A DNA stretch of 63,872 nt, the filler included, from Thraustochytrium aureum (lineage: Eukaryota), in assembly GCA_012862495.1 (NCBI GenBank). It is 6 parts of 4 records of this genome, joined end to end, with 100 filler letters (N's around TTAATTAATTAA, not from the genome) between each part and the next. Parts side by side here need not be neighbours in the genome. Positions count along the whole stretch, not along the records: positions 36,291 to 60,605 come from BLSG01000310.1; 5 more parts are not named here. One strand, given 5' to 3'. Position 1 is the stretch's first letter, and each line of letters starts with the position of its first letter. Position numbers and translations under genes: made by a program. Under the pieces are notes generated by a model. That model was not told where the DNA came from, searched no databases, and saw nothing but the letters and a program-made list of their open reading frames with translations. Of the stretch, positions 46,411 through 59,679 are shown piece by piece.

Positions 46411-49400
46411 TTACGGCTCGAGGTCACACGAGCGCTCGGTGCGCAAATGCAAAATCTGCGTCGCAGTCATGACGCGCTCCGGAAGCTCGTGGTTTTCCTC
46501 GCCCTGAATAACGAGCGAAACAATAAACTGCATCTTGGCAAGCGCGTGAGGCAAGAGCGCCGAAATACCCTTGCGCGTCATGAAGCCCCACTGGCGAAGG
46601 TCGATGTCGATTTCGAAAGCCTGCGCCGACCTGTCACGCATGATGGTACCCGACTTTTTAATCATGACCGGCTTGCCGTTGAACCCCTGCGTCCATGAAG
46701 GCATGCCGCAGTCGTCCGGGTTGAGGATAAAGCCAACGAGCTTGAGGCGCTCCTTGAGGGCAATGTTGGTTTCGCACTCTTCAAACCACCGACGCAAGAG
46801 CGGGATGGACGGCTCGACAAATTTGGACGCGTCTGCGTCGGCTAGTCCGGTCAGCAGCGCCTCGCTGGGCGTGTAGTACACTGCAAAGTTGTAACCTGGC
46901 CCGTCGCCGGAGGAGAACGAGGCAAAGCCTGCGGGGCGCGGGAGCTGAAAGTTGACCACCAGTAGCCGCGGAAACCCTTCCGGCACGCGGTCCAGCGGAG
47001 CGCACAGGTTCCAGGGCAGGCTGACCTTGCTTTTAAGGTCGCAAATCTTCTTGTCGCTCTCAAAGAGGTCGACGCCGATCGTCCTGAAGAGCGCTGGCTT
47101 TGTTGGCGCCTTGTGCTTGTTGAGTTTGTAGTCTGGCCCGATACGCACGTTCAGGACCGAGTCGGTGCATGGTGTCCAGCAGTGCTGCAGCCCGCGCTCG
47201 CCGGCGTCGCTGTCTCCGACGAACGGAACGGTCAGGCCGCCCACTCGGCAAGACTGGTGCTGCCCCGGCGCGGACAGCACGCTGCTCTGCGATGGGGAGC
47301 GCACTGACCTGGAGGCCGGGGAGTTACCAGGCAACGAGTTTGAATCGATGCGCTCGCGCGTTTGGCGGAGTTCAGGTTCGATCAGCGCGCCGGCCGTCGA
47401 GGCCAACCCCGCTGCAGCGGCCGCTGGTATTGGCGTGCGCGCCTTGCGACGGCGCGTGTGTTTGCGTGGAGCCTCCCCGGGGACCCCAAGCAACGAATCG
47501 CGCTGGCCGTCGCGCTGTCTGTTTTCGAGCAGGTCTTGCAGCTGCCAACTGACGAGCAGGATCGCCACAGTAAGCGCGGCCAGGACGAGAGTTTCGCGGG
47601 CTCGGCTGTACGCGATCCAAGTCAGGTTGGCGAGGCAGACCGCCATCGCAATTGGGACCCGGTTGGCGGTCAATGGTGCGAGAAAGGCCGGCAGTGCGGG
47701 GGAGGGGTCGACTTGGCCACCTGGCGCGGCGACCGCGGCGGCGCCTCCCGCGCCTCTTCGTTCGAGCTGTACTCGTCAGTGTCGACGGACACGTGCCGGT
47801 GACTCTCGTCCAGGTCTGAGTCATCGGCCCTAAAATGGCCTTCCTCCATTTCAGCGGTTCGCGGGCTGGCCACGCCAGGCGGCGAGAGGTTTGCGCCGAG
47901 CGCTTCGTAGGCGTCCTCGATTTCCTCGTCCGAGGGGTCGTCGATCGGCAGCACGACGCCACTGATCCCGCGCGGGGCGTAGATCACCGACGTTATTGCA
48001 CTGGCCCAACGGAACAGCGCGCGTTTGTCCATGGCACAAAGCGTCCAGGACTGCCACTCCTTCGGGTTGAGCATGTTGTTGTAAATGATCTCAAGCTGGT
48101 AAGGGCTGGGGGACCGCGTGTCGCTGGGGCCGCCAGCCCCGGCCAAAGAGGGCGGGCTCGCAGGCGACGCGGGCTCTGCGGGGGCCGCCACTCCAGGAGC
48201 GGTGATCTCGAGGGAAGTCGAGCTGATGGAGGCTGCACTCTTACTTCGCCCGTGCACCAAAGCAACCGTCTGTTCGACGGCGGTGGCGGTGGCGGCGGCG
48301 GACGAGGCAGGCATCGCTAGCGCCGACCCTTGAGGAGCGGCCACAACGGGCGCCTTGCCGGGGGGCAGCCCAATCGCTGGGGGCGCGCCAGGCCTTGCGC
48401 GCTCGTGGCGGGCGCGGGTTGGGGCCAGAAGCGGCGGCGCTTGGTTTGGTCTGGGGGCTAGCGAGGCCTGGCGGTGTGGCGTCGTCTGAGCCGTTCCGAG
48501 CGACCCCATTTATCAGGTGGCTCATGTGGCTCGCGTGCCCGTAGGAGAGGCGAACCTGGACGCCAAAGCGGCCGAGTTCGATGGACCCGCGCTCCGAGCC
48601 GGGCTCGGGCTCAAAGTCAAAGCCCGCAGCGGCTTCCTCGTCTTGGGCGTGGATAATGTGCTCGGCTTTCTCGCGCACGTGTTTGGGAACGTCGTAATAG
48701 GAGATTGTGCCGTTGCGCAGCACGAAAAAGCGCAGTATCCAGAGGCGCCCGCCGAATTTGCGCTCTGCCCACGACTCGCCTTGATGAAACAGCGAGGNNN
48801 NNNNNNNNNNNNNNNNNNNNNNNNNNNNNNNNNNNNNNNNNNNNNNNNNNNNNNNNNNNNNNNNNNNNNNNNNNNNNNNNNNNNNNNNNNNNNNNNNNNN
48901 NNNNNNNNNNNNNNNNNNNNNNNNNNNNNNNNNNNNNNNNNNNNNNNNNNNNNNNNNNNNNNNNNNNNNNNNNNNNNNNNNNNNNNNNNNNNNNNNNNNN
49001 NNNNNNNNNNNNNNNNNNNNNNNNNNNNNNNNNNNNNNNNNNNNNNNNNNNNNNNNNNNNNNNNNNNNNNNNNNNNNNNNNNNNNNNNNNNNNNNNNNNN
49101 NNNNNNNNNNNNNNNNNNNNNNNNNNNNNNNNNNNNNNNNNNNNNNNNNNNNNNNNNNNNNNNNNNNNNNNNNNNNNNNNNNNNNNNNNNNNNNNNNNNN
49201 NNNNNNNNNNNNNNNNNNNNNNNNNNNNNNNNNNNNNNNNNNNNNNNNNNNNNNNNNNNNNNNNNNNNNNNNNNNNNNNNNNNNNNNNNNNNNNNNNNNN
49301 NNNNNNNNNNNNNNNNNNNNNNNNNNNNNNNNNNNNNNNNNNNNNNNNNNNNNNNNNNNNNNNNNNNNNNNNNNNNNNNNNNNNNNNNNNNNNNNNNNNN

Positions 49401-50534
49401 NNNNNNNNNNNNNNNNNNNNNNNNNNNNNNNNNNNNNNNNNNNNNNNNNNNNNNNNNNNNNNNNNNNNNNNNNNNNNNNNNNNNNNNNNNNNNNNNNNNN
49501 NNNNNNNNNNNNNNNNNNNNNNNNNNNNNNNNNNNNNNNNNNNNNNNNNNNNNNNNNNNNNNNNNNNNNNNNNNNNNNNNNNNNNNNNNNNNNNNNAACG
49601 CGCAGAAATCGCGGCAGCAGGTCCTCCTCCATGCCCCGCAAGACCGAGTCTTGAGCGCGCACGAAGAGCGTGCGGTCCTCGAGGGACTTGCGCTCTGTGA
49701 TGCCTGTCAGGACGTCGTCGGCGACGCGGCGGTCGACGCAGACCTCCATGGGTGCAGCCACCTTGAGAAACTTGTCAAAATCAAGCGGGCCTCGCGGCCC
49801 ACGCTCATCCGCTTGCCGTGCGGGGCGAGGCCCATGCGCATCGAGGCGCGCGTCAGGACCATCTGCGACTGCAGCGCGGCCTCGCCCTCGTTGTCGCCCT
49901 GCTGGGTCTCCTCGGTGGCTTCGCCGATCACCTTCATGCCTTTCCACTCGCCGACGCGGAAGACCTCGGCAGCGCCCCAGAACAGGAGGTTTTCCTCTGC
50001 GTGAGTGGCCACGAGAAACCTGTGAAAGGCGGCGCAGCACGTGCTGTCATCCAGGACCTGTTCGATGCTGATCTTGGAGATGATTGTTGCCACGGAGGGC
50101 TGGCGCTTGAGCTGCGGCCGCTCGGCGGGGGTCTCGACGGGGGACGCCCCGACCATGGAGACGCGCTTTTGCGAAAAGTAGGGGATCTTGGCCACGTATG
50201 GGCGAAACATGAGCGGCGGGGTCCATTGGACGCGGCGGATTTTGACGCTTTGGAAAAACTTGCGCCCGCTTTGGGGGTCGATGCAGACCATCCAGTCGCT
50301 GCTCCCAGCCTTGGAGTGTGGCAGGCGCTCGGATTCAGGGACGAGTTCGCGGAGCGGCAGGCCCCATGAGGTTGTTTTGGTGGCTTTGTCGAAGAAAAAG
50401 TAGCGCCCGCTTTCCTCGTCGTACAGTTGGTACCACTTGCCGACGCCGGTGGCGACGCCGCTTGACTTTGCGACCGAGCTGGCCTTGCTGGATGGCTTGG
50501 ACATGCTTGTGCGCTTGGTTTCCTTCGGCGCCAT
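46411..50534 (-). CDS. Multidomain protein WW-WW-RGS-(gap)-PH-TM-EDR2_C/DUF1336 (probably one frameshifted gene)
   Basis: WW: WYQLYDEESGRYFFF...TSW and WMVCIDPQSGRKFF...QW. RGS: FHRFLVATHAEENLLFW. PH: WILRFFVLRNGTISYY...RWASAI. DUF1336: CWT...NVRIGPDYK...KAP...GVDLF...LKERLKL...FNGKPVMI...IQGEENHELPE. Confidence 0.75.
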
Positions 50535-51359
50535 CAACTAGTGCTCCTGCGCCGTCGCCTCGGCCTCGCGCGTCGCTGCGGCTTGGCCAGGCGCGGCGGC
50601 CGAGTGGACTCGGTGGGGTCCGGCCGTTGTTGCCTCGTTTCCACTCGGACCGGCCCTGGAGCTGCTCTGCGTCGGCCGTGTCTTCGCAGAGCGCCAAAAC
50701 NGCCTTACCTGCCTGCCTGCCTGCCTGCCTGCCCTGCCTGCCTGCTTGCGCGAGTCGCGGACGCCTGCCTGTCTTCGAAGCCGCCTGTTCGCTTGAAGGG
50801 TCTGCGTGCGCCGCCACTGCGAGCGAGGGTGCACTCCCTCCTCAAAGCGCAGGCGGACTCGGAGGAGGCAAGGCGGCAGAGCAGAGCCCAGAGCAGGGTC
50901 GAGGCCTGTGAGGAGGCTGGCTTCACCAGCTCCACAGAAACAGTCGAAGCCGGCCGCTCCGCCGGTCCAATGTCCACCACCACCGCCGCCGCCCCTTCTC
51001 CTTCGGCAATGTGTCTCTCGCGCTCTCGCACCAAGGAGGCTTGCTCGCACGGCTGATTGATTGATCGATTGTTTCAAGATTGAGGATGGCAGAGTGGAAA
51101 AGTGTCACTGTAGCACCCTCCGCAGCCCTCGTTTTCTCGGAGGAGCTCGGCGGAGCGCGCTCACCAGCTCGCAGAGGAGTTGTTGTTGCAGCAGAGCCAG
51201 GTACTGGAGGCCGGGCGGTGAGCCGCCAGCCCGTGAGGCCCGCGTTCCTGGCTTTTGCACAACTCCAAGTTGATTCTCCAAGCGACGTGAAAGTTTCCAA
51301 CTCTGCTGGGGTCTTGCAGTCCAATTCCTGGCGAGGTGAGAATGATGGATGGATGCGGC

Positions 51360-51470
51360 TGGCCTGCAGAGGGCCTGCCCAGCCTGCCTGTAGCCTGCCT
51401 GCCTGCCTGCTGCCTGTAGCCTGCCTGCCTGCCTGCTGCCTGCCTCTGCTGCCTGCCTCTGCTGCCTCCC
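51360..51470. repeat. (GCCT)n-type low-complexity repeat
   Basis: Imperfect GCCT/GCT runs; similar tracts at ~37430-37470, ~41960-41995 and ~50700-50745. Confidence 0.8.
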
Positions 51471-51872
51471 AGGTGCCTCCCAAGGCAGGGTGGGCCCGGG
51501 CTCGGGCTGGGCTGGCTGCTCCATCCACCCTTCACCCTTCGCGTGGACAGTTTTTACCTCGCGAGGTAGTTCCGGGGAGCGGAGGTACGCCGCGGCACTC
51601 TAGCCCGGCCCGGCATCGTGGAGCTCAGCAACAGCCCAAAACGCCAGCACGGATGCTCCGAACGGCCGGCCGGACGTGGCAGGCGAGCTCCCCGCTCCCG
51701 AGGATGCGAACCATCAACACCGTGACCGCAGCGGCAAAACTGCAGTCGCAGCCGACGGCCAGCAGGCCTGACGCAGCGTGCAAGATACGCCAGGACGCGG
51801 GGAGAACGTCCTGCGCGCCCGCGCACCCCTTGCGCAGCAGACGTCGCGCAACCAGACCGGACAGCAAGAACT

Positions 51873-53187
51873 ATGTCGCCCCAGGAGCCCAGATACTACC
51901 CACCGACAGTAGACCACGACGCGGGGCGGAGCTGGGCAGCGCGGGGACGTCCTCGAGCACCCGCGGGCGAGTCGGACGCGCTCGAGCCGCCTCTGCGCTC
52001 TGGCGATCGACGTGCTGGCGCGTTGGACGAAGGCGGCTCTCGCCAGGCTTGTTGGGGTCGCCGGGATGGCCGAGGTCCCGCCGGCCAGCAGACGCGCGGC
52101 GCGAGCCATTGGCCAGCTGCTGCGCGCGGTGCAGCGCGACGAAGGGAGGCGCGGGATCGCGCCGCTCGTCACGGCGGCTGGCGACCAGGCGCTGCTGCAT
52201 GCCGCGGTGCGCGTGCGCGAGGCTAGGCTTGTTGTGGTGGCCACCGGGTTTCCGTGCAGGCAGGACGTCGGCGAGGCGGACGAGTGGGGCCTCGTGAGCT
52301 CGCCGCAAGAGACCGACGGGCCGCCCGGAGCTGCTGCGCTTGCGAGGGCCATCGCGGCCTGCGGCGCGAGGTGCGTCGTGGCCGTGGACCGCCCCAACGC
52401 GCGCCCCGTCGAGCTCTGCTTGCGCGCCGCCCTGGGCGCGGCGGCTCCGCGCCTTGACGAGTGCTGCCCCGGAGGGACGCTGTGCAGCGCGTGCATGTGA
52501 GCGAGCTTGTCGAGCTCGTGAGCTTTCCCACCAAGAGCGAGTGGAGCCATGNNNNNNNNNNNNNNNNNNNNNNNNNNNNNNNNNNNNNNNNNNNNNNNNN
52601 NNNNNNNNNNNNNNNNNNNNNNNNNNNNNNNNNNNNNNNNNNNNNNNNNNNNNNNNNNNNNNNNNNNNNCAGGCGAGGACGGCAAGTGCCGCACGATGCG
52701 CGGGCGCGTGATGGGCGACGACCTGCTGGCCCCTCTGCACGAGCTCTTTGCCCCAAGGGCGGGCGCAACTGGGGCGTCGACCGGCATCGGCGACGGCGGC
52801 AACGAGGTTGGCATGGGGTCTGTGCTTGGCCCCGTCGTCGCGAGCGTGGCCCGAGGAAAGGAGATTGGCTGCACGGTGCCCTGCGACAACCTCATTGTAT
52901 GCTCTGTATCTAACTGGGGCGGGTACGCGCTTGCCGCGGCGCTTGCCGTCCTGGAGCTCGAGGCCGGCCGCTCTGGCCATGGCCAGGCCAGCTGCGTGAC
53001 AAGGATGCTCGGGGACGCCGCTCAGACAGAGCAGGTCATCCGCGCCTGCGTGGACGGCGGGGCGCGAGACGGCATCAATGGCCGAGGCGACGCCGTGGAC
53101 TCGTTCCCGATCGGTGCGAGCGTCGCCGTGTTTGAAGAGCTTGCCGAGATCGTGCTGTCGTCCAGCGGCGGCGGGTCCCAGCTGTAG
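51873..53187 (+). CDS. DGLUCY: D-glutamate cyclase / DUF4392 family protein (frameshifted, gapped)
   Basis: VATGFP...ETDGPPGAAALARA; TMRG; GIGDGGNEVGMG; VSNWGGYALAA; GARDGI. Confidence 0.82.
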
Positions 53188-53299
53188 TGCGTGCGCCCAG
53201 CCTTCCCGGCCCGATTCGGAGCGCCGCGCCGGCAGCTGGAGGGGAGGAGGTCCGATTCGATTCGGAGCGCAGCGCCGGCAGCTGGAGAGGAGGAGGGCC

Positions 53300-54366
53300 C
53301 GAGCCTGTAGTAGTTGGCTCGTGGGCGCCCGTCCTCACCTCGTAGAGCCCCACTGGCGCCCAGCGAGCACCAGCGCAAAGGCGAGCGCCAGACTGCGCCG
53401 GCCAAGCGCTCGCACGCCGGCAAGAACGCCCCCAAACAGAGCCAAGTACNNNNNNNNNNNNNNNNNNNNNNNNNNNNNNNNNNNNNNNNNNNNNNNNNNN
53501 NNNNNNNNNNNNNNNNNNNNNNNNNNNNNNNNNNNNNNNNNNNNNNNNNNNNNNNNNNNNNNNNNNNNNNNNNNNNNNNNNNNNNNNNNNNNNNNNNNNN
53601 NNNNNNNNNNNNNNNNNNNNNNNNNNNNNNNNNNNNNNNNNNNNNNNNNNNNNNNNNNNNNNCCCCAAACAGAGCCAAGTACACAAACACGCTCTTGTAC
53701 AAGAGCTGCGGGAAAAGGCGCACGAGCCAGTCAAGCGCAAAGCTGTCCGTGCCGACCAAGACGCGCGCCTGACCCGCGCGCACGCCGGCCAAGATCCTGG
53801 GCCGCAGCCGCCGCCGGGGTCGTGCTGCCGATCCTCCGCATTCCCTCGTCGAGGGCCGCGATGGAGGGCGCTGGGATGCGGTCCCGCACCCACTGTGGCG
53901 TGAGGTGGTCGGTGCGGATGCGAGCCGCGTTGTTGGAGATCATGCTCGTGCGCACAAAGCCCGGGTGCACGACGCAGACCTCGACGTTGGGGTGCAGCAG
54001 CTTGGTGTCGAGCAGGAGCGCCTCGCTAAAGCCCCGCAGCGCAAACTTTGACGTGCAGTACGCGAGATTCCCCGGGATGGCCACGATGCCCTCCAGCGAC
54101 GACACGTTGACGATGCACGCCGCAGCCCGTTCGCAGAGTAGCGGCAAAAACACCTTGCTGCAGTTGATCGCGCCCCACAGGTTGACGTTGATCACGTGCT
54201 CGAGCTCGGCCCAGCTCGAGTCTTCCAGCGTGTTGGCCGCCACCACGCCGGCGTTGTTCACCAGCAGGTCGCACGCGCCCCAGGTCTCGGCCACCTCAAC
54301 CGCGAGCGCCATCACGGCGTCCCTGTCAGCGACGTCGGTCCTGTGAAACGAGACCTTTCCGCTCGC
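53300..54366 (-). CDS. Short-chain dehydrogenase/reductase (partial; ends approximate)
   Basis: DLLVNNAGV, INVNLWG, IVNVSS, catalytic YCTSK, VHPGFVRT. Confidence 0.9.
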
Positions 54367-55339
54367 NNNNNNNNNNNNNNNNNNNNNNNNNNNNNNNNNN
54401 NNNNNNNNNNNNNNNNNNNNNNNNNNNNNNNNNNNNNNNNNNNNNNNNNNNNNNNNNNNNNNNNNNNNNNNNNNNNNNNNNNNNNNNNNNNNNNNNNNNN
54501 NNNNNNNNNNNNNNNNNNNNNNNNNNNNNNNNNNNNNNNNNNNNNNNNNNNNNNNNNNNNNNNNNNNNNNNNNNNNNNNNNNNNNNNNNNNNNNNNNNNN
54601 NNNNNNNNNNNNNNNNNNNNNNNNNNNNNNNNNNNNNNNNNNNNNNNNNNNNNNNNNNNNNNNNNNNNNNNNNNNNNNNNNNNNNNNNNNNNNNNNNNNN
54701 NNNNNNNNNNNNNNNNNNNNNNNNNNNNNNNNNNNNNNNNNNNNNNNNNNNNNNNNNNNNNNNNNNNNNNNNNNNNNNNNNNNNNNNNNNNNNNNNNNNN
54801 NNNNNNNNNNNNNNNNNNNNNNNNNNNNNNNNNNNNNNNNNNNNNNNNNNNNNNNNNNNNNNNNNNNNNNNNNNNNNNNNNNNNNNNNNNNNNNNNNNNN
54901 NNNNNNNNNNNNNNNNNNNNNNNNNNNNNNNNNNNNNNNNNNNNNNNNNNNNNNNNNNNNNNNNNNNNNNNNNNNNNNNNNNNNNNNNNNNNNNNNNNNN
55001 NNNNNNNNNNNNNNNNNNNNNNNNNNNNNNNNNNNNNNNNNNNNNNNNNNNNNNNNNNNNNNNNNNNNNNNNNNNNNNNNNNNNNNNNNNNNNNNNNNNN
55101 NNNNNNNNNNNNNNNNNNNNNNNNNNNNNNNNNNNNNNNNNNNNNNNNNNNNNNNNNNNNNNNNNNNNNNNNNNNNNNNNNNNNNNNNNNNNNNNNNNNN
55201 NNNNNNNNNNNNNNNNNNNNNNNNNNNNNNNNNNNNNNNNNNNNNNNNNNNNNNNNNNNNNNNNNNNNNNNNNNNNNNNNNNNNNNNNNNNNNNNNNNNN
55301 NNNNNNNNNNNNNNNNNNNNNNNNNNNNNNNNNNNNNNN

Positions 55340-55628
55340 GCTGGCCGCGCTGGAGGGCGTTCCGCGAGTGCACTTGCGCGAGTACCGCACGTTTTTCTGG
55401 CGGCACCAGCGGTTCCCGGACAGCTACCTGGCCACGATCGAGGCCATCTACTACTTTTACCGCGAGTACCACGGGGCGACCGCCGCGGCCCCGTACGACG
55501 GCCGCTTCGACGACCTCCTCGCGATCTACTGCGGCCAGTTCCGCAAGATCATGCGCCTCGAGGACATGAGGCCGCCCCGCTCGCCGCAGCTCGCGGTCCC
55601 CGCCAGCGCCGCCGCCGCGCAGGAGTGA
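55340..55628 (+). CDS. DTWD1: DTW-domain tRNA aminocarboxypropyltransferase, 3' fragment
   Basis: TFFWRHQ...YLATIEAIYYF...YDGRFDDLL. Confidence 0.8.
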
Positions 55629-57539
55629 ACCGCACAGCGCGCCTCCAAGTCGGGCTCTGGCCAATCCGTTCCGAGTCGCAGCAGGCAGGACCCGAGTAGT
55701 CAGCGAGTAGTCGAGCGAGTGGAAGGACCCGCCCTTTCCAGTCTCGAGACCGGCGAGAGCACGCACTGGCACGCCGAGGATTCGCGGTGAGTCTCGTCGG
55801 CAGATTGTCATGAGCTGGGCTGGGCAGACCACTGGCAGGCTGTGAGGATGAGAGAGAGGAGTGCTGTCGTTACGTTGCGCGAACAGTCCCACCACGCGCG
55901 GCTCGCACGCGGCCATCCATTTTCGCTCTCCAGCACGGGCCTGCAGCGGCGCCAACCTCGCGTGGGCACGTGGCGCTGGGCCGCGCGTCCAGCCCTGCGG
56001 ATTCCTGCCACCACCAGCGACGTGCGTGGCGGAGTCTCAGTCGGCGCCCTGCGGTTTGGGTTAGGGTGCTCGCATGCGCTGGTCAATCTCGTTCCGAGCG
56101 GGGGTGCGCGCGTGTCCCTGAGGGGGAGCCCGCCCCGAGAGAGGAGGCGCCACCCCAGTAGTGCCCCAAGCTGGCCTTTTCAGAGGTGGACGGACGTTTG
56201 TTTTCCTTTTCTTCAATCAAAAAAAAAGCCGCCACTGTGTGGAGGGCAGGCGCAGGTCTCTCCCTCTCTTGCTCACGTTGGTTTTGGTTTTGGTTTGAAT
56301 TTTGGTTTTTTGCAACTTTTTGCCGAGCACTGCCTCTGGCTGCTCGCCGCCTCCTCCGCCGCGGCGGTCCTCACAAGCGGCCAAGCGGCGGCCGGCCCCT
56401 CTGTCTCCGGGCGGTCGGCTTCCCGCGAGCGAACNNNNNNNNNNNNNNNNNNNNNNNNNNNNNNNNNNNNNNNNNNNNNNNNNNNNNNNNNNNNNNNNNN
56501 NNNNNNNNNNNNNNNNNNNNNNNNNNNNNNNNNNNNNNNNNNNNNNNNNNNNNNNNNNNNNNNNNNNNNNNNNNNNNNNNNNNNNNNNNNNNNNNNNNNN
56601 NNNNNNNNNNNNNNNNNNNNNNNNNNNNNNNNNNNNNNNNNNNNNNNNNNNNNNNNNNNNNNNNNNNNNNNNNNNNNNNNNNNNNNNNNNNNNNNNNNNN
56701 NNNNNNNNNNNNNNNNNNNNNNNNNNNNNNNNNNNNNNNNNNNNNNNNNNNNNNNNNNNNNNNNNNNNNNNNNNNNNNNNNNNNNNNNNNNNNNNNNNNN
56801 NNNNNNNNNNNNNNNNNNNNNNNNNNNNNNNNNNNNNNNNNNNNNNNNNNNNNNNNNNNNNNNNNNNNNNNNNNNNNNNNNNNNNNNNNNNNNNNNNNNN
56901 NNNNNNNNNNNNNNNNNNNNNNNNNNNNNNNNNNNNNNNNNNNNNNNNNNNNNNNNNNNNNNNNNNNNNNNNNNNNNNNNNNNNNNNNNNNNNNNNNNNN
57001 NNNNNNNNNNNNNNNNNNNNNNGCGTGTTTTTCGTTTGAGCCGGTTTCCTCTCATGGTCGAAGCGGGGCTGGTCTCAGAATTATTCCGGACGACCTGAAG
57101 TCGACCTGAGCGAAACAGGTGGAGAGCGAGCTCCTTCCTCAGAAGAAAGGGGAACCAGTGAGCGCTGTCCCTTGGCCTTTGAAACTAGTAGCGGAGAGAA
57201 GAAGACAGCCTGAGAGCGGAGCATCGTTTTCTCAACTCGTTCGTCCACAGGGCCCAGCCGACTCTTCGCCTCCCAATCTAAGGCGCTGAGAGGTCTGGGG
57301 CGAAACCCCCTCTCAATCTCCACCGCTAGGAAAGCGCAGCTCTCACATACGCATCCCTCTCAACGCCATTTTTGAGGAAGGAAGGAGCTGCGAGTGCGAG
57401 TGAGAGCCGTCCTTGCGATTGAACCCTCACAGTCCGCAACGCGCTTCGCCCTCTGCGAAGCGTTTTCTCTGCAAAACCAACCGTTTTTTTCAAGATTGCG
57501 GAGCGCCTGTTGTCATAGCCTGAGGGCGTTTCCTCCTGT

Positions 57540-58095
57540 CTCTTTCTTTCTTACTTTCTTACTTTCTTACTTTGTTTCTTTGTTTCTTTGTTTCTTTGTT
57601 TAGAAACTTCTTTCTTTCTTTCTTTGACGTGCTGGTCGTTTTTCGTTTGCAGGAGCTTGCTTGAGTGGGAATCGTCTCACTCAGGCTGGTGGTTTGCTGA
57701 TGTTTTGGGGGTTGCGGCTTGTTGTTGTTGTTTTTGCTCGAGTTGTGACTGACTTTTGGCTGGTTTTACAACCGGCGCCACCTTCTCTCTGCCTATCCCC
57801 CTTGTAGAAGAGAGAGCTACTTGTTTTCGTTGTTTGTTGTTTGTTTGGTTGTTTTCGGTTTTTGTTTTCGTTGTTTGGTTGATGTTTGTTCAAGTTTGTG
57901 GTTTTTGGTTGTTTGTTGTTGGTAGGTTTAGGTCAGAGGTTGATGTTTCTTTGTCGTTTTTCGTTGTTTTTGGTTGGTTTTCCTAGTTAGTTGTTTTTCT
58001 AATTGGTTGTTTTTCACCTTCACCTTGGCGGTTTGCTGTTTTTGTTTTGGTTGCTTTTGCTGTTTTTTGGCGATGTTTTGGCTGTGTTTTTTGGC
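57540..58095. repeat. T-rich low-complexity tract (TTTC/TTG) upstream of the MYB gene
   Basis: Strong T/G skew with very few A on the + strand. Confidence 0.75.
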
Positions 58096-58385
58096 GATGG
58101 GATAGCCGCAGTTCGCAGCTGCAGAGTATCATATGCGAGCGTGAGGAGGAAGGACGGCAAACCCGAAAAGGCGAGCAGGCCGCGCGAGGAAAAAGAGCTG
58201 CCAGCGAGAGCCGCGAGCGCGATTCTCTTCCACGGGAGCCGAGGCTGGCGCGCCCGCCGCCGCAAGCAACAGGAAGCAGCGCGCAGTTTTCTCCACCGGG
58301 CGTTTGCGGCAGCTGGCCAGTTCGGAAGCGCAAGGCCGCGTTCCGGACGCCACCCGGACGGAGCTACAAAGGCGGAAAGCGAGAC

Positions 58386-59679
58386 ATGACCATGGAGAGG
58401 GCGGCGCCGACGCACGGGGCCAACGGGGTTCCTGCGCTTGACACCATCAACCTCGAGGCGTACGTGACCGACTTCTTCGCGTCGCCGACAGCCTCGTTTC
58501 AGGCTCACACCGCGCTTGGAAGCACCTCGCCCATGTCAGACCACATGAAGAAGAAAAAAGAAGGCCGGTCCCTCGACCAGCAAGAGCTCGCCGCGCAGCG
58601 AAGGGAACGCAAAGGGGCAGTCCCCGCGCAGCCTCGGCGGCAGCGGCGGTGACATCAAAACCGGGCGCTGGGAAAAAGAAGAGCACGAACGCTTCCTCGC
58701 AGGGCTGGACCGCTTTGGCCGAAGCTGGAAGGACATCGCCACGTTCGTGAAAACGCGCAACCACGTCCAGATCCGCACGCACGCTCAAAAGTATTTCGCC
58801 AAGGCTCAGCGGCTTGGCGTCGCAACCATCTCCAACTCGGACTCGGCCGAGTCCCCGGACGTCTTCGGCAAGCAGAAGCGGAAGATCGCGCAGGATGCTG
58901 GGCCGATGGGCGCCAAGCCCTCGCGCGCCAAGCGCGCTGTCAGCCTCCCAAAAGTCTCGGGCGTTGGACTGACCGAGAACTCGCACGCCATCCCGCGCGA
59001 CGAGGACAGCGCAGAGCGCCGCGAAGCGTTCTTCTTCGACTCGCGCCCGCGCCAGGCCTACTCTGAGTCAACCATTTCGCTGTCGCCCTCGCTCCGCTTG
59101 GCGAGCACCTGCAGCGACGGCGACGACAGCCTCGAGCACCCGCAAGACGAAGTTTACGCCGCTTCAGGCAGCCTTGAGGTCTGCGGGAGCACGGCGGCCG
59201 TCGACGAAACAGACATAGCTCCGGCTCCGTACGGCTCGCAACCGCAAGGGCCGCCAGAAGTCGACGGGGACGGGGACGCCGACACCGACGCTTTCATGTA
59301 CTTTTTGGACTGCGACTTGCGCGCGCCGTCTTCGCACCAACAGCAGCACCACCAACACAACCAGCACCAACAGCAGCACTACGATGCTGCCATGTACTCG
59401 ACGCCGGCGCAGGTCTACGTGCCGCCGCCGGCCGAAGATTTTTACCGGCTGGCGCGCCGCCCGCATGGTACTCGCTCCAGCACGGCCACCAGCAGGACGG
59501 CGCCTCGCCCTACGGCTACCCGCCGGCCCTGCACGCTGGCTCGGCTGCTGGCAGCGCCCAAGTCGCGTTTCCGCACGACATGGACTTTCGAGAGGACTCT
59601 TCAGAGCTCTGAAAAGCCTTGGAAACCCTGCTTGCTGCGACAAAACCGACCGAACGCCTCGCCGCGCCCTGCACCCTGA
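58386..59679 (+). CDS. SHAQKYF-class single-repeat MYB transcription factor (frameshifts; 3' end uncertain)
   Basis: GRWEKEEHERFLAGLDRFGRSWKDIATFVKTRNHVQIRTHAQKYF. Confidence 0.9.

Noticed and set aside
56054..56066. Telomere-like TTTGGGTTAGGG
   Set aside because: A single isolated unit with no array.
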